NCBI GenBank assembly: GCA_964640655.1
Contig: CAZXFT010000005.1
Span: forward strand, 99,929-163,928
Reading direction: 5' to 3'
DNA: 64,000 nucleotides
Origin: an uncultured Bifidobacteriaceae bacterium
GTDB lineage: Bacteria > Bacteroidota > Bacteroidia > Chitinophagales > UBA10324
Below the pieces are notes generated by a model. The model saw nothing but the letters and a program-made list of their open reading frames with translations, was not told the origin of the DNA and ran no database searches. Positions 1 through 9,548 of this stretch are shown here, piece by piece. Numbering within the stretch: the stretch's first letter is position 1; each line of letters opens with the position of its first letter. A program made the translations under genes and the position numbers.

Positions 1-174
1 CAGGCTTTCTGCAGCGCTCCGAGAAAGCAGGTGGACTTGGGTTTTATACAGGGTGGCAATCAATTGCGCTACTACTCGCTTCTGTCTGGACAGGCTATTT
101 TTGGCAGCAAAATTTGTTTAAGTACGCCTTTGGTATTTCTGCTCTGGTTGCTTTGTTGTGTTTTTTCCTGTTAG
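1..174 (+). CDS. 3' end of an unidentified ORF entering from the left window edge (partial)
   Basis: Frame 1 is open from base 1 to TAG at 172-174. The C-terminus is hydrophobic and Cys-rich (..LVFLLWLLCCVFSC). No family recognised. Confidence 0.2.
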   Translation, partial: QAFCSAPRKQVDLGFIQGGNQLRYYSLLSGQAIFGSKICLSTPLVFLLWLLCCVFSC

Positions 175-191
175 TCGGAAAGGATAGATTG

Positions 192-806
192 TCAGATGTT
201 GCCAAATAAAGATAGCTGCTCCGATTCGTTAAGTGCAACACGAAACGACTTACGATGAAATGATGTTGCCCCTAACCTCAGAACTGCTTTTCGATGCGCT
301 AGAGTGGGATAGCCTTTATTGGTTAGCCAGTCATATTGAGGATATAATTCGTGTAAACTCACCATATAATCGTCTCGAAATGTTTTAGCAAGTACTGACG
401 CAGCACTGATACTTAAAAATTTCGCATCACCTTTAACAATACACGAAAAAGGTATTCCTTTATAAGGCTTGAATTTATTGCCATCAACAATAATGTGTTG
501 AGGTATAATTTTTAACTTATCCAAAGCCATATGCATAGCATTAATAGATGCATTTAATATATTGATCCTATCTATTTCAGTTTCAGAAACAAAGGAAACT
601 TCATATGCTATCGCATCCTTAATAATGATGTCTCTTAATCGAAAACGTTCAGATTCGCTGAGTTGCTTTGAATCGTTCAGTGCTTTGTTTTTGTATCCTT
701 TTTCAAAAATTACAGCAGCTGCAACCACAGGTCCCGCAAGGCAGCCCCGGCCCGCTTCATCGCAGCCAGCCTCAGGGTAAATTCCGGAATAATTACCTTT
801 TAACAT
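192..806 (-). CDS. rnhB: Ribonuclease HII
   Basis: Contains the RNase HII N-terminal catalytic motif GCDEAGRGCLAGPVVAAAV and the downstream DSK and GYPT motifs. Start moved to the internal ATG (cat at 804-806), giving about 204 aa and removing the overlap with the divergent neighbour. Confidence 0.9.
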   Translation of the reverse strand: MLKGNYSGIYPEAGCDEAGRGCLAGPVVAAAVIFEKGYKNKALNDSKQLSESERFRLRDIIIKDAIAYEVSFVSETEIDRINILNASINAMHMALDKLKIIPQHIIVDGNKFKPYKGIPFSCIVKGDAKFLSISAASVLAKTFRDDYMVSLHELYPQYDWLTNKGYPTLAHRKAVLRLGATSFHRKSFRVALNESEQLSLFGNI

Positions 807-874
807 CAGCCGAAAAGTAATTAATCCAGCGCTATTTGATGCACGCACTATTTTTGCTGTACTTAAATACGCGC

Positions 875-1372
875 ATGGAAATCAGAATTTTTATTACCGG
901 TGGCACCTTCGACAAGGAGTACGATATGATTAACGGGCAACTTTATTTTAATGAAACACACATTCCTGAGATGTTAAAGTTAGGTCGATGTACCATAGAT
1001 GTAGATGTTCGTACATTAATGATGATAGACAGCCTGGAAATGAATGACGCGGACAGACAAATCATCATCAACCAATGTAAAAATTGTGAGGAGGGAAACA
1101 TCATTATCACCCATGGGACAGATACAATGGAAATCACCGCGGCTCAATTGCAGGCAGCAAACATTCCTAAAACAATTGTAATAACCGGTGCTTTAATTCC
1201 ATACAAGTTTGGCAGCTCAGACGGGTTCTTTAATCTGGGTTCGGCACTGGCATTTGTACAAACCCTGCCGCACGGTGTATATGTTACTATGAATGGACGT
1301 TACTTCAGAGCCGGTAATGTACACAAGAATAAAAAGACCGGATACTTCGAAGAGATTAACGAAACAAACTAA
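875..1372 (+). CDS. Short single-domain L-asparaginase-family protein (N-terminal domain only)
   Basis: Contains ITGGTFDKEY (TGGT catalytic-Thr motif) and ITHGTDTM (HGTDT motif). Only about 165 aa when started at ATG 875 (MEIRIFITGGT). Confidence 0.65.
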   Translation: MEIRIFITGGTFDKEYDMINGQLYFNETHIPEMLKLGRCTIDVDVRTLMMIDSLEMNDADRQIIINQCKNCEEGNIIITHGTDTMEITAAQLQAANIPKTIVITGALIPYKFGSSDGFFNLGSALAFVQTLPHGVYVTMNGRYFRAGNVHKNKKTGYFEEINETN

Positions 1373-2345
1373 GCAATCTATTCTGAATTCGAACATGAAC
1401 CGGCGTGTCGGTGATTGCTTCGCTGTTCTCATTCTTTGCTAGAGAGATGTAACTGAGCGGAACAACAATTTTATATTTTTTACCCTGATTAGGTAATTTC
1501 TGACCTACTAACCAAGGATTAAATTGTTTTAACGTGAAATAGTCACAACCCGTTGCTACACAGAAGTCTTCAATATCATTAATACTGGTGTCAATACTGT
1601 GAGTTGAAAATTTGATGGTTTCCGAAGCAAAGCGGACTTTCTTGGTGGTCATAATCTGCTTGATGGAAAGTATCCGGTACAAGTAATTTGAAGTTTCTTT
1701 ATTTAAAGCTAGAGAATAGTAGTCGTCGGTACCACTAAGCGTTACTTTTCTGGATATACCGGCAATACCCATATTGTAAGAAGCTGCTGCCAAAGTCCAA
1801 CTACCCAACTCCTGATAAGCTTGCTTCAAATAACTACAGGCAGCATATGTAGCTTTGATGTAATCATATCGTTCGTCAACGAATTCGTTAACTTCCAGAC
1901 CCAAACCAAGTGCACTTCCAGGCATAATTTGCCAAATTCCGGCAGCACCTTTTGGAGAAACTTTATTGAGTAATTGACTTTCAGCTAAAGCGAGGTAAAT
2001 AAAATCATCAGGTACTCCTTCTTGTTTCAGGATGCCTTTTATGTCACGGAATATTTTTGAACGTACCGGATCTTTAAATATGGAAGGCAGTAACCAGTAT
2101 GCGTTTTTGAGCATTTCACCCGCATAGCGGCCACGGACTTCCATATCGTGCATAGGCACTCCTTCACCTGCAAAGTTCAATTCATTTGGAATGTCCACTC
2201 CGGCATATCGTGTGTCGAAATGATTCACCCAGGTGGAATAATGATTCATTGTATCGCCTGCGCGGGTAATTTTAAAATAACCGCGAATGCAAAATGTCAA
2301 CAGAATTACTGAAGCTAAAAACAGAAAAGCGAATGCCTTCTTCAT
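1356..2345 (-). CDS. Lytic murein transglycosylase (SLT domain, MltD-like)
   Basis: Signal peptide. The SLT core reads LALAESQLLN...GAAGIWQIMPGSA...AASYNMG. Confidence 0.8.
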   Translation of the reverse strand: MKKAFAFLFLASVILLTFCIRGYFKITRAGDTMNHYSTWVNHFDTRYAGVDIPNELNFAGEGVPMHDMEVRGRYAGEMLKNAYWLLPSIFKDPVRSKIFRDIKGILKQEGVPDDFIYLALAESQLLNKVSPKGAAGIWQIMPGSALGLGLEVNEFVDERYDYIKATYAACSYLKQAYQELGSWTLAAASYNMGIAGISRKVTLSGTDDYYSLALNKETSNYLYRILSIKQIMTTKKVRFASETIKFSTHSIDTSINDIEDFCVATGCDYFTLKQFNPWLVGQKLPNQGKKYKIVVPLSYISLAKNENSEAITDTPVHVRIQNRLLSLFR

Positions 2346-2392
2346 GAATCAGGATTTCATTAGTCGGACGTATCCGAATATTGACCCCGAAA

Positions 2393-2920
2393 TTACGATA
2401 TTTTACCCGATTTAACAATAGGCACATTAGAACACGCCTCACCATACATCAAACTGCCCGTGTAAGGCAATAATATGCGCGCTGCTTCTACATATACTTC
2501 CTCTCCAATACCATTGTCCGAACAACCTTTTATTAGTAATTTCTTTCCTCTAAATGCCTCCAAATCTGTCGATTGTAAGTTATCAGATATCAGCTTTGAA
2601 ATCAATTGCCTTTCATTACCAAAGCAATACAGTGTGGAAAAGGGGTGAAGGTATGCTGCTATGAGCAAATAGGCCCAATATGGTACGATTGCATCTGAAC
2701 TACAATAAATATAAATCGCTTTATTTTGATAATCAGTCCATTGTATGTCTTTGAGAGCCTGTCTGAATTCCTGCTCCTTAAGAATTAATTCTTTAAACAG
2801 AAATGGTTTGATATCGAAGGCAACCCGCTGAACCTTTGGAAGAAAATCTTCCAAATCAAGGGTTGCTAATACAGTTGATGATGCTACCTTGTTAACTATC
2901 GGTTTCTCTTCGTTTATCAT
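2393..2920 (-). CDS. DUF2480 family protein
   Basis: Pattern typical of the Bacteroidota DUF2480 family: LDLEDF..FDIKPFL..ILKEQEFR..CSSDAIVPYWAYLLI..IKGCS..MYGEACSNVP. Confidence 0.6.
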   Translation of the reverse strand: MINEEKPIVNKVASSTVLATLDLEDFLPKVQRVAFDIKPFLFKELILKEQEFRQALKDIQWTDYQNKAIYIYCSSDAIVPYWAYLLIAAYLHPFSTLYCFGNERQLISKLISDNLQSTDLEAFRGKKLLIKGCSDNGIGEEVYVEAARILLPYTGSLMYGEACSNVPIVKSGKIS

Positions 2921-2967
2921 AACAATTTGATAAACAGCTTTTTAACAACAAAAGTTTCTGCCTGCTA

Positions 2968-5091
2968 TTAAAAGAAATTATAACGCAGATCTTCTACTTT
3001 GAGTCGTTTTTTCAAAGCGTCTGTTAGTCCGTATTCTACACGAGGTGCAAGATTACGTGCCAAGTCAGATTTTTCGTTGCTATAATCTGCCACAGGTGCT
3101 GGGCTGGTTTTACCAAGCATCTTTACTACAAAAACGTAGTTATTACCAATAATTGGAGCTGAAACCGTATTTTCTTTAATAGCGTTCAGGTTACCAATCA
3201 ATGCATTGTCAACTCCTATACCCATGATGTAAGAATCTGCAAAGTTGGTTTCCGGTACGGGTTTAATTTCTAGACCATACTTTGAAGCTATCGATTCCAA
3301 AGTGGTATTCATTTGTCCGGCTGCTGCCAATTCTGCAGCTATCTGAGCACCTTTTTTGCGGTTGCGCAGAAGTGGCTCAACCTGTGCACGGGCATTATTA
3401 ACCGATTGAGTGCCTTCAGGACGAATTTCAACCAAATGAGCTACTACATAATTGCTTCCTGCACTGAAAACAGGAGAAATTGAACCTGCTTCATTTTTAT
3501 ATGCCCAAGTTACCAACTCGCGCGCACCGTCCAATCCAGAAAGTTGATAATCGCTTTTGCGAACCGCATCTGCTGTACGTTTGATAAACTTTGGATTATC
3601 GGTAAATGCCTGATTAAATGATTCAGGTGTATTGAATTTGGATGCAAACTGATTGGCTTGTTCAAAATATCCTTTATCCGTTTTTGAACTTGGTTCTACT
3701 TTACGAGTAAATGAATAGTAGCGAACAGATGGAGAATTTTTTACCGCTTCTGTGATTTTCACAATATGGTAACCAAACTCGGTCTTGATTAATTTCATAT
3801 CTCCTTGATTGCCGGCAAAGAACAGGAAGTTATTGAATGGCTTCACCGTCATACCTTGTTTGATAAAGCCAAGGTCACCACCCTTTTCAGCGCTGCCTTT
3901 ATCGTCAGAGTATGTTTTAGCCAACTCTTCAAAAGCAGCACCTTTAGCGATCAGATTTAATACACTGTCTGCACGGTATTTAATCTTTAATGTATCGGCA
4001 ATTCCCTGAGTAGAGAATAAAATATGGCTGGCTTTAACCGAATCGGCCAATGTTATACGGTCAACTATTTTGCAAATCACAAAATCGTTACCATCCTGAA
4101 TGGGGCCAATGATGCTGCCAATAGGTTGGCTGAACAGTCCCGGTTTTATAGCAGACTTATCTATAGCTGACTCAGGATAATACATTTCATCCAAAGCGCG
4201 GTCGGCATTCATTTTCACATAGTTAGTATCAAGGTCCGGAGCACTTAATTTTGCTAATGCATCAAAAACAAAAGTTCGAGCAACGTCAGTATCAGAAGAC
4301 GACGGTTGAACGGTGAATACAACAAACTCAAGTTTACGATTCTCTTCCTGCTTAAACTTTTCTTTATTCTTATTGATATACTGTTGAATCTCGTCGTCAC
4401 TGATCTTTATTGTTGAATCAGCAATGTTGCTGTAAGGAATGGCTACGTACTCAAAAGAGAATTTGGTGTTACGCTCGTTGTATGAGTTCTCAGCGTACCA
4501 TTTTGGAATGTAAATACCGTTTTTAAATGCAGTACGTAGTTTGGTGGACAAACGGTCTTCGTTTACAAAGCGTTCAAAGTTTACCCAACGGGTCCGTTTC
4601 TCATTCACGTCTTCGCCATTTACAGAACGATCTAATTGACTAATGTAATTCTTCACCGCATTAGGGTCAAAAATTCCGGTATTTGGGTTAGTAAATGTTT
4701 TTTTGATTTCAGCATTAGGATCATTTCCAAAGAAAAGGTCTTTCATCTCCGCTTCAGAAACTGAGATTCCAAGTTTCTCATACAAATCGCTGTTGATTTT
4801 ATCCTGTATCAACTGAACCCAGGCCTGCTCTCGAATACTATATGTAGTATTATCGTCCATTGGACCAGGATTGTTGAGTTTATAGTTGACCATGAGTTGT
4901 TCTACCTTACTCATATACTCATTGTAATGAATTTTTTCACCGTCTATCACTCCGACTACATCACGGTTTCCGGTTAAAAGATTAGACTGGGAATCAAGTG
5001 CTGCCTGAAGAATGAAGACCACCAAACTGAAGCCAATCAATATCACGAGAATAGGGCCTAATTTGTTTCGGATGTCTATAAATACTGCCAT
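2968..5091 (-). CDS. Periplasmic chaperone / peptidyl-prolyl isomerase, PpiD/SurA-like
   Basis: 707 aa with an N-terminal membrane anchor. Parvulin-type PPIase core reads ASHILF...GGDLGF...FGYHIVK. Confidence 0.8.
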   Translation of the reverse strand: MAVFIDIRNKLGPILVILIGFSLVVFILQAALDSQSNLLTGNRDVVGVIDGEKIHYNEYMSKVEQLMVNYKLNNPGPMDDNTTYSIREQAWVQLIQDKINSDLYEKLGISVSEAEMKDLFFGNDPNAEIKKTFTNPNTGIFDPNAVKNYISQLDRSVNGEDVNEKRTRWVNFERFVNEDRLSTKLRTAFKNGIYIPKWYAENSYNERNTKFSFEYVAIPYSNIADSTIKISDDEIQQYINKNKEKFKQEENRKLEFVVFTVQPSSSDTDVARTFVFDALAKLSAPDLDTNYVKMNADRALDEMYYPESAIDKSAIKPGLFSQPIGSIIGPIQDGNDFVICKIVDRITLADSVKASHILFSTQGIADTLKIKYRADSVLNLIAKGAAFEELAKTYSDDKGSAEKGGDLGFIKQGMTVKPFNNFLFFAGNQGDMKLIKTEFGYHIVKITEAVKNSPSVRYYSFTRKVEPSSKTDKGYFEQANQFASKFNTPESFNQAFTDNPKFIKRTADAVRKSDYQLSGLDGARELVTWAYKNEAGSISPVFSAGSNYVVAHLVEIRPEGTQSVNNARAQVEPLLRNRKKGAQIAAELAAAGQMNTTLESIASKYGLEIKPVPETNFADSYIMGIGVDNALIGNLNAIKENTVSAPIIGNNYVFVVKMLGKTSPAPVADYSNEKSDLARNLAPRVEYGLTDALKKRLKVEDLRYNFF

Positions 5092-5207
5092 TTATAAGGA
5101 TTCGTTTTTAAAAAGGAAGTGCAAAATACGATGTTTGAAATGTAAAAAACAAGTAGGCCTCATATATAGTGTGTATCAGACATTACTTGACTATAGTCTA
5201 ATGAGGA

Positions 5208-5215
5208 TAGTTTTG
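5208..5215 (+). promoter_or_regulatory. Bacteroidota-type -7 promoter box TAGTTTTG (TAnnTTTG)
   Basis: Exact TAnnTTTG match only 7 nt upstream of ATG 5223. This would imply a near-leaderless mRNA. Confidence 0.35.
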
Positions 5216-5222
5216 CAGGCGA

Positions 5223-5762
5223 ATGAAGAAATTGAAATTCTCAAATCTGTTAATCATCATACTTGCGGTTGCCTCCATAACGGGATACTTTATTTACAAA
5301 TCAAGTCTGCAAATCAATCTCTCAAACGGGGAGAAAATGGATGATGTGGTAATGTCAGGACCGAAGGGTGAAGTCCTTTCGCTGTATAGCATAGAAAATA
5401 AATTTGTGTTGGTTCAGTTCTGGGCATCTTGGTGCGGACCTTGTGTGAAGGAAATACCTGAACTCAAAGTACTTTATACTGAATATAAAGACCAAAAAAT
5501 TGGGGTTGCCGATGGATTTGAGATTTATGCCGTGTCGCTCAACTATGATGAAGAACGCTGGAAAAATTCATTGGCGGGGCTGGGCATCAACTGGACTTAT
5601 AATGTCAATGACACATTGGCTTTTAAATCTGATATAGCTCGTAAGTATAACATTGGAGCCATTCCAACCAATGTATTACTAAATCCGCAACATGAGATTG
5701 TTGGTGTTGACCTGTCGCCGGAGCAAATTAAAAAAACGCTCGACCGTTTTATGCGCCAATAA
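5223..5762 (+). CDS. TlpA/ResA-like thiol-disulfide oxidoreductase (thioredoxin fold)
   Basis: N-terminal membrane anchor and the WASWCGPC active site. Confidence 0.85.
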   Translation: MKKLKFSNLLIIILAVASITGYFIYKSSLQINLSNGEKMDDVVMSGPKGEVLSLYSIENKFVLVQFWASWCGPCVKEIPELKVLYTEYKDQKIGVADGFEIYAVSLNYDEERWKNSLAGLGINWTYNVNDTLAFKSDIARKYNIGAIPTNVLLNPQHEIVGVDLSPEQIKKTLDRFMRQ

Positions 5763-6324
5763 ATTCATTGATGTCCGTTGCAATAACTTGTAATGCTGAT
5801 GCTTCAGCGGAGATAATTTCACTGATACAAATCACTTCAAGATTATCTAGCACAAGAATCAGTCTTGCTTTTGTACCGTTGATTCTGACTTCAGCCCTGG
5901 TTACAGACGACAGTGGAGTAGTGTAAATAACCTGCATGTATCCAAGATGCTTATATATGCGGTACATGTTACTATCGTTTTTATCAAAAACCACTTTGCC
6001 GTTTTCAGAGATGTTCCAAACTCTGGAAAAAAGTCCAAATGCTGCTAAACCCAACGGAATAGCAGCCCAAGCCTGATCAATATTGGCTTTTAGAAACATG
6101 CAGGCAGCAAAAAAGACTATGGCAATAATAAACGAGGTGTTCAATACTCTTCTGGGCTTACTGGCAAAAACTAGTTCGTGCTCGTTTCTGAAAACCTGAT
6201 TACTTACATTAACATAGTGCATCCAATAGAACATTTGTTTCAAAGCCGTAACATGAGTTTTTAGAAGCACAAAGCTACTATGCAAGTAGTGATTTACTTT
6301 TACCTCGCTATGAATCAAAGGCAA
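5749..6324 (-). CDS. Hypothetical membrane protein (start uncertain)
   Basis: Two central hydrophobic helices and no recognised motif. The annotated start at 6324 overlaps the divergent aminotransferase start (6310). Internal Met at 6234 is the more likely start. Confidence 0.4.
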   Translation of the reverse strand: MPLIHSEVKVNHYLHSSFVLLKTHVTALKQMFYWMHYVNVSNQVFRNEHELVFASKPRRVLNTSFIIAIVFFAACMFLKANIDQAWAAIPLGLAAFGLFSRVWNISENGKVVFDKNDSNMYRIYKHLGYMQVIYTTPLSSVTRAEVRINGTKARLILVLDNLEVICISEIISAEASALQVIATDINEFIGA

Positions 6325-7494
6325 TTGTTTTTACAGCACAATGCACAAACCAGCAGCACTCCGCTGATGCTTGAGGTAGCGCATGCCGAAGGAGTATACA
6401 TCACTGATACTGCAGGCAAACAATTTATTGATTTGATCTCTGGGATTAGCGTTTGCAACCTTGGCCATGGAAATAAAGCGGTGCTGGATGCCATTAACAA
6501 TCAATGTCGCAGTTATATGCACACTATGGTTTATGGCGAGTTTGTTCAAACACCTCAAACAGACTTTGCTAAAATATTAACTCAGCATTTACCTCCTTCA
6601 CTCGATTGTGTCTACTTCACTAACTCCGGAAGTGAGGCTACCGAAGGAGCTATGAAACTTGCAAAACGATATACCGGTCGCAGCAAGTTTATTTCATTTA
6701 ACAAAAGTTACCACGGAAGTACACAAGGTGCACTGAGTGTGATGGGTGACGAATATTTTCGCAATGCTTTCAGGCCTCTTTTACCTGATATTTTTCGATT
6801 CAACTATAATGACAACGAAGTACTCCACCAAATTGATACCGATACTGCAGCTGTGATAGTTGAAGTAGTGCAGGCAGAGTCAGGAGTTCTACCTGCTGAT
6901 GTACAATGGTTACAATCATTGAAATTGAAATGCTCTGAAAACGGGGCTTTGCTTATTACAGATGAAATCCAAAGTGGTTTGGGTAGAACAGGTTCTCTCT
7001 TTGCATTTGAGCAGTATAATGTGATACCGGACATCTTATTATCAGGCAAAGCACTTGGAGCAGGCCTTCCTCTTGGTGCATTTGTCTCTTCAAGAAAAAT
7101 AATGGGTACACTCAGTCATGATCCTGTGCTTGGTCACATTACCACCTTTGGAGGTAATCCAGTTTGCTGTGCTGCTGGCTTAGCAGGGTTCCTTGAATTA
7201 TTGAAAGGTAACTGTATATCAGAGGTGAAGCATAAAGAGAATCTGTTTCACGAATTATTACACCATAAAGCTATCAAGAGCTTTAGATCTTCGGGTTTAC
7301 TCATGGCTATTGAGTTTGAAAATGAAACCATCAATCAAAAGGTAATTCAACAATGTTTAAAAAGAGGACTAATATCCGATTGGTTTTTATTTGCTCCTCA
7401 CTGCCTGCGCATTGCACCTCCATTAATTATTTCTGAAAAAGAGATCAGAAACGCCTGTTTAATTATTTTAGAATCTATTCAAGAAATTAGTTAG
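6310..7494 (+). CDS. Class III pyridoxal-phosphate aminotransferase (acetylornithine/ornithine aminotransferase-like)
   Basis: Contains SGSEATEGAMKLA, DEIQSGLGRTG and the Lys-bearing segment LSGKALGAG. Start set at ATG 6310 (MNQRQL). Confidence 0.8.
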   Translation: MNQRQLFLQHNAQTSSTPLMLEVAHAEGVYITDTAGKQFIDLISGISVCNLGHGNKAVLDAINNQCRSYMHTMVYGEFVQTPQTDFAKILTQHLPPSLDCVYFTNSGSEATEGAMKLAKRYTGRSKFISFNKSYHGSTQGALSVMGDEYFRNAFRPLLPDIFRFNYNDNEVLHQIDTDTAAVIVEVVQAESGVLPADVQWLQSLKLKCSENGALLITDEIQSGLGRTGSLFAFEQYNVIPDILLSGKALGAGLPLGAFVSSRKIMGTLSHDPVLGHITTFGGNPVCCAAGLAGFLELLKGNCISEVKHKENLFHELLHHKAIKSFRSSGLLMAIEFENETINQKVIQQCLKRGLISDWFLFAPHCLRIAPPLIISEKEIRNACLIILESIQEIS

Positions 7495-8438
7495 TGAGAA
7501 TTATTTACCTGATACTATACTGTTTCATTTTATTCTCGTGCAGTAAAAACGAAAAAATAACTATTATTAATAATGCTATTTCCGATGCAGCACTCTATGC
7601 AGTTATAGAAAAAAGAAGCGGCAGTGATACACTTATTGCATGCGGTGGCTCGCGTTATTTGCGCGGCGATGTCTTTTTCAGTTACGATGGTGGGATAACG
7701 TGGTGGGCTGAAAAGAACATTGCGGAAAAAGCACTGTACGATATCATTGTTGTTAACGACTCTACACTTTGTGCAGTAGGTTATGACGGTAAACTATTGT
7801 TCAGCAAATCTTTTGGCAACTCTTGGTCTTTAATTCAACTCGACTACCTTCCTCTTAAAAGTGTGAAAGTGATTAACAATAAACTTTTCATTTGCGGGGG
7901 TATTGGGTTAAGAACAGGAATCATTTATCAATGCTCTCTCGACGGTGCTGTATTGAAACGCGATACATTTGAGAATGAAATGAGCGACATCATACTTGCA
8001 GCAGACAATACTCTAAAGTGCTGTGGTTATGGAATAGTTTTGAGTAGTAGTGATAACGGACAAACATGGACAGCAGATAATGCTGAAGGAGATTTCTTTA
8101 AATGCTTTGTTGAAACAAACGACGGATTATATGCTGTTGGAATGAGTGGCGTTAACCTGAAATACAGTAATGGCAACTGGAATACAGTTAGTAAGGGAAA
8201 CAGAATAACTAAAAACAATCTGATCATAACAAGCAGTGCTTATAATTTTCAATCAAACAAGTGGATTAGTGCAGGGAAACATAATGTGTTATACGACTTG
8301 AATGAGAGCGGTAAAAAATCAACACTATTGAAAACTACCAATGACCTTCATCTGAATTATAACAACATCAGTTCACGGGGAAGCACGTTTATCGCCTGTA
8401 CCGACGAGGGCACGATAATTACACTGCCTGCTTACTAG
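7494..8438 (+). CDS. Lipoprotein with beta-propeller-like repeats (Ycf48/BNR-like)
   Basis: Lipobox ILFSC. Repeated S.D.G.TW motifs (SYDGGITWW, SKSFGNSW, SSDNGQTW). GTG start overlaps the upstream stop codon. Confidence 0.5.
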   Translation: MRIIYLILYCFILFSCSKNEKITIINNAISDAALYAVIEKRSGSDTLIACGGSRYLRGDVFFSYDGGITWWAEKNIAEKALYDIIVVNDSTLCAVGYDGKLLFSKSFGNSWSLIQLDYLPLKSVKVINNKLFICGGIGLRTGIIYQCSLDGAVLKRDTFENEMSDIILAADNTLKCCGYGIVLSSSDNGQTWTADNAEGDFFKCFVETNDGLYAVGMSGVNLKYSNGNWNTVSKGNRITKNNLIITSSAYNFQSNKWISAGKHNVLYDLNESGKKSTLLKTTNDLHLNYNNISSRGSTFIACTDEGTIITLPAY

Positions 8439-9498
8439 AACGCGCAAAACTTCGATTGCTCACTATACTTTTTACTTCTTTACCAATTAAAATAAACGTG
8501 AGATGATTGAGCGGGAACTCTAAAATTACGTGAGAGAAACTTAGGAAGAACAGCCACTTCAGCCCGACAGCATAGTCATAAGCATAGAGACCTACAGATA
8601 AAATCCAGAGCAGTATGATACCTATAAATCGACTGCGCGGCATATTGTGCCATTGAATGACAGATGTTTTAGAGAACCAGTTGAAATAATGATACATATA
8701 TGCGAATCCAATAAAAGCCATTATGGCAAGCATGGTAGGATTCTTATAAAAATAATTATTAACTGAGTTGATAAATGCCTGCACATCCATCTCCGGTTCA
8801 CCAAACTCGTGCAGTTTAAAAACACTGCGTATGGTTTCGTTTAATGTAATAAACCCTTCACTAAATCGGCCTTCAGGTGTTACATAGCCATAGCTTGTAC
8901 GAACATAATCTGCAATATGATAACTACTGCGATCAGGAGTTATAGTAAGTAATGCAATGGTTATTATGATAAAAACAACCAGGGAAAGAATTCCCGATAA
9001 ATCTCTTCCTTTTAGTGCTCCAACCAAAATGAATAAGCCGGTGAAAACAAATACGTGAATAAGTGTTGGGAGAAATGCCCCGAAAATACTGTCGAACAAT
9101 GAATATTTTGAAAGCAAGAAACTGATCAATATGGCAGCGCCGATGTATAGCAAGCGTTGAAATATTTTGTTCGTTAACACAAAAATCAAGGCTGCCATAA
9201 AAGATAAAAAGGTTACGAAGGTTACTGTCCCGTCCGGTACATTTTTTAACAATCGCAGGTTAAGCAATGTAATAAATACCCCCACAGCCAATAAAAAAAT
9301 GTAGTCGTATTTCCCTTTGGTGTAATAGTTCTTATCGTGCAGCCAACTGATCTCGGTGAGATAGTGCAAGGGACCAAAGAAGGCATATGCAAAAAGAAAT
9401 GTTTCAAATGGTTTGAAGAATGCCGATACTGCAGCAACAATCATTAATCCGATGTTCAAATAATTAACTTGCTGTACAGTCATTTTGTCAGTAATCAT
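8419..9498 (-). CDS. Polytopic inner-membrane protein, unknown function
   Basis: 359 aa, with about 9-10 hydrophobic segments visible in the translation. No family recognised. Confidence 0.5.
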   Translation of the reverse strand: MITDKMTVQQVNYLNIGLMIVAAVSAFFKPFETFLFAYAFFGPLHYLTEISWLHDKNYYTKGKYDYIFLLAVGVFITLLNLRLLKNVPDGTVTFVTFLSFMAALIFVLTNKIFQRLLYIGAAILISFLLSKYSLFDSIFGAFLPTLIHVFVFTGLFILVGALKGRDLSGILSLVVFIIITIALLTITPDRSSYHIADYVRTSYGYVTPEGRFSEGFITLNETIRSVFKLHEFGEPEMDVQAFINSVNNYFYKNPTMLAIMAFIGFAYMYHYFNWFSKTSVIQWHNMPRSRFIGIILLWILSVGLYAYDYAVGLKWLFFLSFSHVILEFPLNHLTFILIGKEVKSIVSNRSFARSSKQAV

Positions 9499-9548
9499 AA
9501 ATGCAGATTAATCAACGAAAATAGATAATAAAAGAAAGCTACGATACA

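Noticed and set aside
5012-5344. 110-aa plus-strand ORF bridging the PpiD 5' end, the intergenic promoter region and the TlpA start.
   Set aside because: It overlaps two well-supported genes and the -7 box. Its translation has no motif, and part of it is out of frame with the TlpA gene.
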